From positions 62,001 to 126,000 of the forward strand of contig CAYXJN010000007.1 of NCBI GenBank assembly GCA_964464605.1: a DNA stretch of 64,000 nt. The letters run 5' to 3'. Below are positions 61,370 to 64,000 of the stretch, piece by piece. The first letter of the stretch is position 1. Each line of letters begins with the position of its first letter. Position numbers and translations under genes: made by a program. Under the pieces are notes generated by a model. The model did no database searches. It saw nothing but the letters and a program-made list of their open reading frames with translations, and was not told the origin of the DNA. Source of the DNA: an uncultured Ignavibacteriales bacterium. GTDB taxonomy: Bacteria > Zixibacteria > MSB-5A5 > GN15 > FEB-12.

Positions 61370-62635
61370 TTATCCTATCCGGGTAATTCCAGCCATGTAC
61401 GGGTGCAGCACATCGGGGATAATCACGGCGCCATCGGCGGTCTGATAATTTTCCAAAATCGCCGGAATCAATCGCGCCAAAGCAACACCGGAACCATTTA
61501 AGGTATGCGGATATTTCACCGATTTGTCTCCGTCACGAAACCGGGTGTTCATTCTACGCGCCTGAAAATCGGTAAAGTTCGATACCGATGAAATTTCCAA
61601 ATGCTTCCCGACGCCGGCAGCCCACAACTCAAGGTCATATGTTTTTGCAGAACCGAAACCGAGATCACCGCTGGCTAAGGCAACCACGCGATACGGCAGT
61701 TTAAGCCCCTGCAAAATTTTCTCTGCCTGACGAACGAGAATTTCCAATTCATCGAACGATGTTTCCGGACGCACCAGTTTTACTAACTCCACCTTGTCGA
61801 ATTGGTGTACGCGAATCATGCCGCGGGTATCTTTTCCGGCAGCGCCCGCTTCACGGCGGAAACAGGGAGTGTGGCCGACCATATTGAGGGGCAGAACATC
61901 ATCGGAGATAATTTCTCCCTTGTGCAAATTGGTAATCGGCACCTCGGCGGTCGGAATAAGCAAGAGTTCATCCATCGCCATCTTATACAACTCATCACTG
62001 AATTTGGGCAACTGGCCGGTGCCGTACATCGTGTCAGGCGTTACTAAGTACGGTGCGGCGATTTCGGTGTAGCCGTCCTTGATATGCGTGTCGAGCATAT
62101 AGCTGACCAAAGCCCGTTGTAAACGCGCGCCTGCGCCTTTAAGCAGATAAAAACCTGAACCGGAAATTTTCGCCGCCGCTTCCAGATCCATAATGCCGAG
62201 TTTGGCGCCGATTTCCCAGTGCGGTAAAACAGTAAAGTTCGGTTTCGGAATCTCTCCCCATTCACGAACAACGACATTCGAGTCGGCATCAGGTCCAACC
62301 GGCACAGTATCATGCGGCAGGTTCGGAATCCAGCTTAACCGCAAATTCAAATCGGTTTCAAGGGTGCGTATCTGTTCGTCGAATTGGGTGATATCATCAC
62401 CGACTTTGCGCATCGCGACAATGGCCTCTTCAGCCGGTTCTCCTGCTTTTTTCTTCTGCGCAATTTCAGCCGACACGCGGTTGCGCTCCGCTTTTAAAAC
62501 TTCGACTTTTTTGAGAATATCACGGCGCTCTTCATCGAGCTTTATTATTCCGTCGATGTCCGACGCATCATTCTTACTGGCTAATTTGGCTTTTACAAAA
62601 TCCGTATTTTCACGGATAAACTTAAGATCAAGCAT
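61370..62635 (-). CDS. serS: Serine--tRNA ligase
   Basis: MLDLKFIR, PTAEVP, CFRREAG, RVHQFDKVE, HTLNGSG. Confidence 0.98.
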   Translation of the reverse strand: MLDLKFIRENTDFVKAKLASKNDASDIDGIIKLDEERRDILKKVEVLKAERNRVSAEIAQKKKAGEPAEEAIVAMRKVGDDITQFDEQIRTLETDLNLRLSWIPNLPHDTVPVGPDADSNVVVREWGEIPKPNFTVLPHWEIGAKLGIMDLEAAAKISGSGFYLLKGAGARLQRALVSYMLDTHIKDGYTEIAAPYLVTPDTMYGTGQLPKFSDELYKMAMDELLLIPTAEVPITNLHKGEIISDDVLPLNMVGHTPCFRREAGAAGKDTRGMIRVHQFDKVELVKLVRPETSFDELEILVRQAEKILQGLKLPYRVVALASGDLGFGSAKTYDLELWAAGVGKHLEISSVSNFTDFQARRMNTRFRDGDKSVKYPHTLNGSGVALARLIPAILENYQTADGAVIIPDVLHPYMAGITRIG

Positions 62636-62867
62636 GAGACTTCTTTCCGGTTTTACAAGTGATGGGTAAGTATAACGAGTCTCCATATAATAGTCAAATT
62701 GGCGGGGGCACGTACTTGCCAACTTTAACCATTGCATTGCAACAACTTACGACTTACCGCCGAGTCTGTCTTGCGACAATTTCAGCGGCAAAAACCGAGC
62801 GGCTATTGCCTTTCTGAAAGAAATATGCGATGTTATGGTTTGCCCTTTGAAAGGAGATAATCGAAAC

Positions 62868-63095
62868 GTGTCAAAAATATGTGATCTCTGCGGGAAGAAG
62901 CCGGTGTATGGACATCAGGTTTCTCACGCACACAATATCAGCAGCCGTCGCTGGATGCCGAATCTTCAGCATGTCCATGCTAAAGTAAACGGTGTTTCCA
63001 AGAAGATCTGTGTCTGCACCTCCTGCCTGAAAGCAGGTAAAGTAGTCAAGAACGTCCGTGGCGTTAATAAGAAGACTACTGCCGCTACTGTATAA
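62868..63095 (+). CDS. rpmB: 50S ribosomal protein L28 (Zn-binding form)
   Basis: GTG start after AAGGAG; C..CGKKP..GH.VSHAH....RRW.PNLQ and C..CLK. Confidence 0.95.
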   Translation: MSKICDLCGKKPVYGHQVSHAHNISSRRWMPNLQHVHAKVNGVSKKICVCTSCLKAGKVVKNVRGVNKKTTAATV

Positions 63096-63117
63096 TCAGT
63101 ACAGTTTGAAGAATATC

Positions 63118-63150
63118 AAGCCGCTTATCCGACCGGGTGAGCGGCTTTTT
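63118..63150 (+). terminator. Intrinsic terminator after rpmB
   Basis: aagccgcttatcc-gacc-gggtgagcggctttt. Confidence 0.75.
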
Positions 63151-63578
63151 ATTTATCTATACGATTTTCCACGAAACAAAAAACCGCCGGGAGGAGCAAG
63201 CCCGACGGTCTGGCAAAACTGCATTCCAATAGCAGTAAGGGGGAGAGTTGTTAATTTTGTCCCCTTTTATTCAGCCGATAGCTGAATTCGATCCCTCACC
63301 AACTCCAAAGCAGAGCCAATGCCTTAGCGCAGAAAAAATCAATGATGTATTGCTTGAGGTTACGAGCGACAGAGCAAAACAAACCAGAGAAACTATCGGG
63401 AGGAATCAATACTCTGCGGGAAACGGCTTATATAATGATAGAAATTAAAACGCCGCCGGCAGGGTAGTTTAGCCGACGGCGCTGAGGAGGAACCAACAAT
63501 GTCACAGAGTATCTGCGACGCGACCGGATATTCGCGTTGCGTTTCGCTCTGCCATTGTTATGGCATTTTTATATAGGT

Positions 63579-64000
63579 CTATTTTCTATCATCGAGACGA
63601 CGTAAATACGCCGGAACGCTGCGGTCTTCTTCGGAAAACATCGGAACTTTGAAATCGCCATGCCCTTTGCCGTTTCCGTTTCCATTACCGTTTCCGTTAC
63701 CACCATAGTGGTCATCGTATGCACCGACTTCAACCGGCTCAGGTTCCGGTTCCGGCATTGGCGGAACGACCGGAGCAGGTTTCGCCGTAGCAGTCGGTTC
63801 GTTAAACAGAGAGATCGATTGTCCCGGCATGGTGACGGAGACACGTTTTTCTTCCGCCTTGCGCATCGTTTCATGGCCGCCGATACCGGTAGCGATAACG
63901 GTGACGCGCATTTGATTGGAAAGGGTCGGATCGACAACAGCACCGAAAATGATATTGGCATCATTACCGGCAGCTTCATAGACAAGCGAGGTAGCTTCGT
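63579..64000 (-). CDS. ftsZ: Cell division protein FtsZ, C-terminal part (5' end outside the window)
   Basis: ANIIFGAVVD....MRVTVIATG and conserved tail VPAYLRR. Confidence 0.93.
   Translation of the reverse strand, partial: EATSLVYEAAGNDANIIFGAVVDPTLSNQMRVTVIATGIGGHETMRKAEEKRVSVTMPGQSISLFNEPTATAKPAPVVPPMPEPEPEPVEVGAYDDHYGGNGNGNGNGNGKGHGDFKVPMFSEEDRSVPAYLRRLDDRK

Noticed and set aside
63660..63705. (GN)n repeat in the FtsZ tail
   Set aside because: Ordinary low-complexity linker.

Overview
Bacterial chromosomal window of about 50 genes. The organism is probably candidate phylum Zixibacteria; this is an inference from three secreted proteins that end in the 'CC.G.RGNVN...ITVADLTYLVxYLF' duplicated dockerin-like domain. 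Housekeeping content: queF/queCED, lpdA, a PuuR-like regulator-speD-ornithine decarboxylase-speE polyamine operon, mazG, valS, a long minus-strand operon (serS, histidine kinase, PorX-like regulator, tsaE, tsaB, rimI, accD, folC, two GAF kinases, sigma54 activator), rpmB, the 3' end of ftsZ, and tRNA-Met. Secreted proteases (two S8, one trypsin-like, one M16) and lipoproteins are interspersed. The most interesting region is an accessory patch downstream of tRNA-Met (about 25.5-30.4 kb). It contains an AT-rich retron-like reverse transcriptase preceded by a boxA-like motif, an about 275-nt multi-hairpin non-coding RNA candidate and a small basic/amphipathic ORF whose ribosome-binding site lies in the RNA's closing stem. 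Other notable items: two secreted Cys-rich peptide modules, a putative SLOG plus ADP-ribosyltransferase-like fusion, an lpdA that appears to need an ATC start codon, a GTAG-type REP cluster, and a structured leader with a start-stop mini-ORF. All calls come from reading the sequence by eye; no searches were run.
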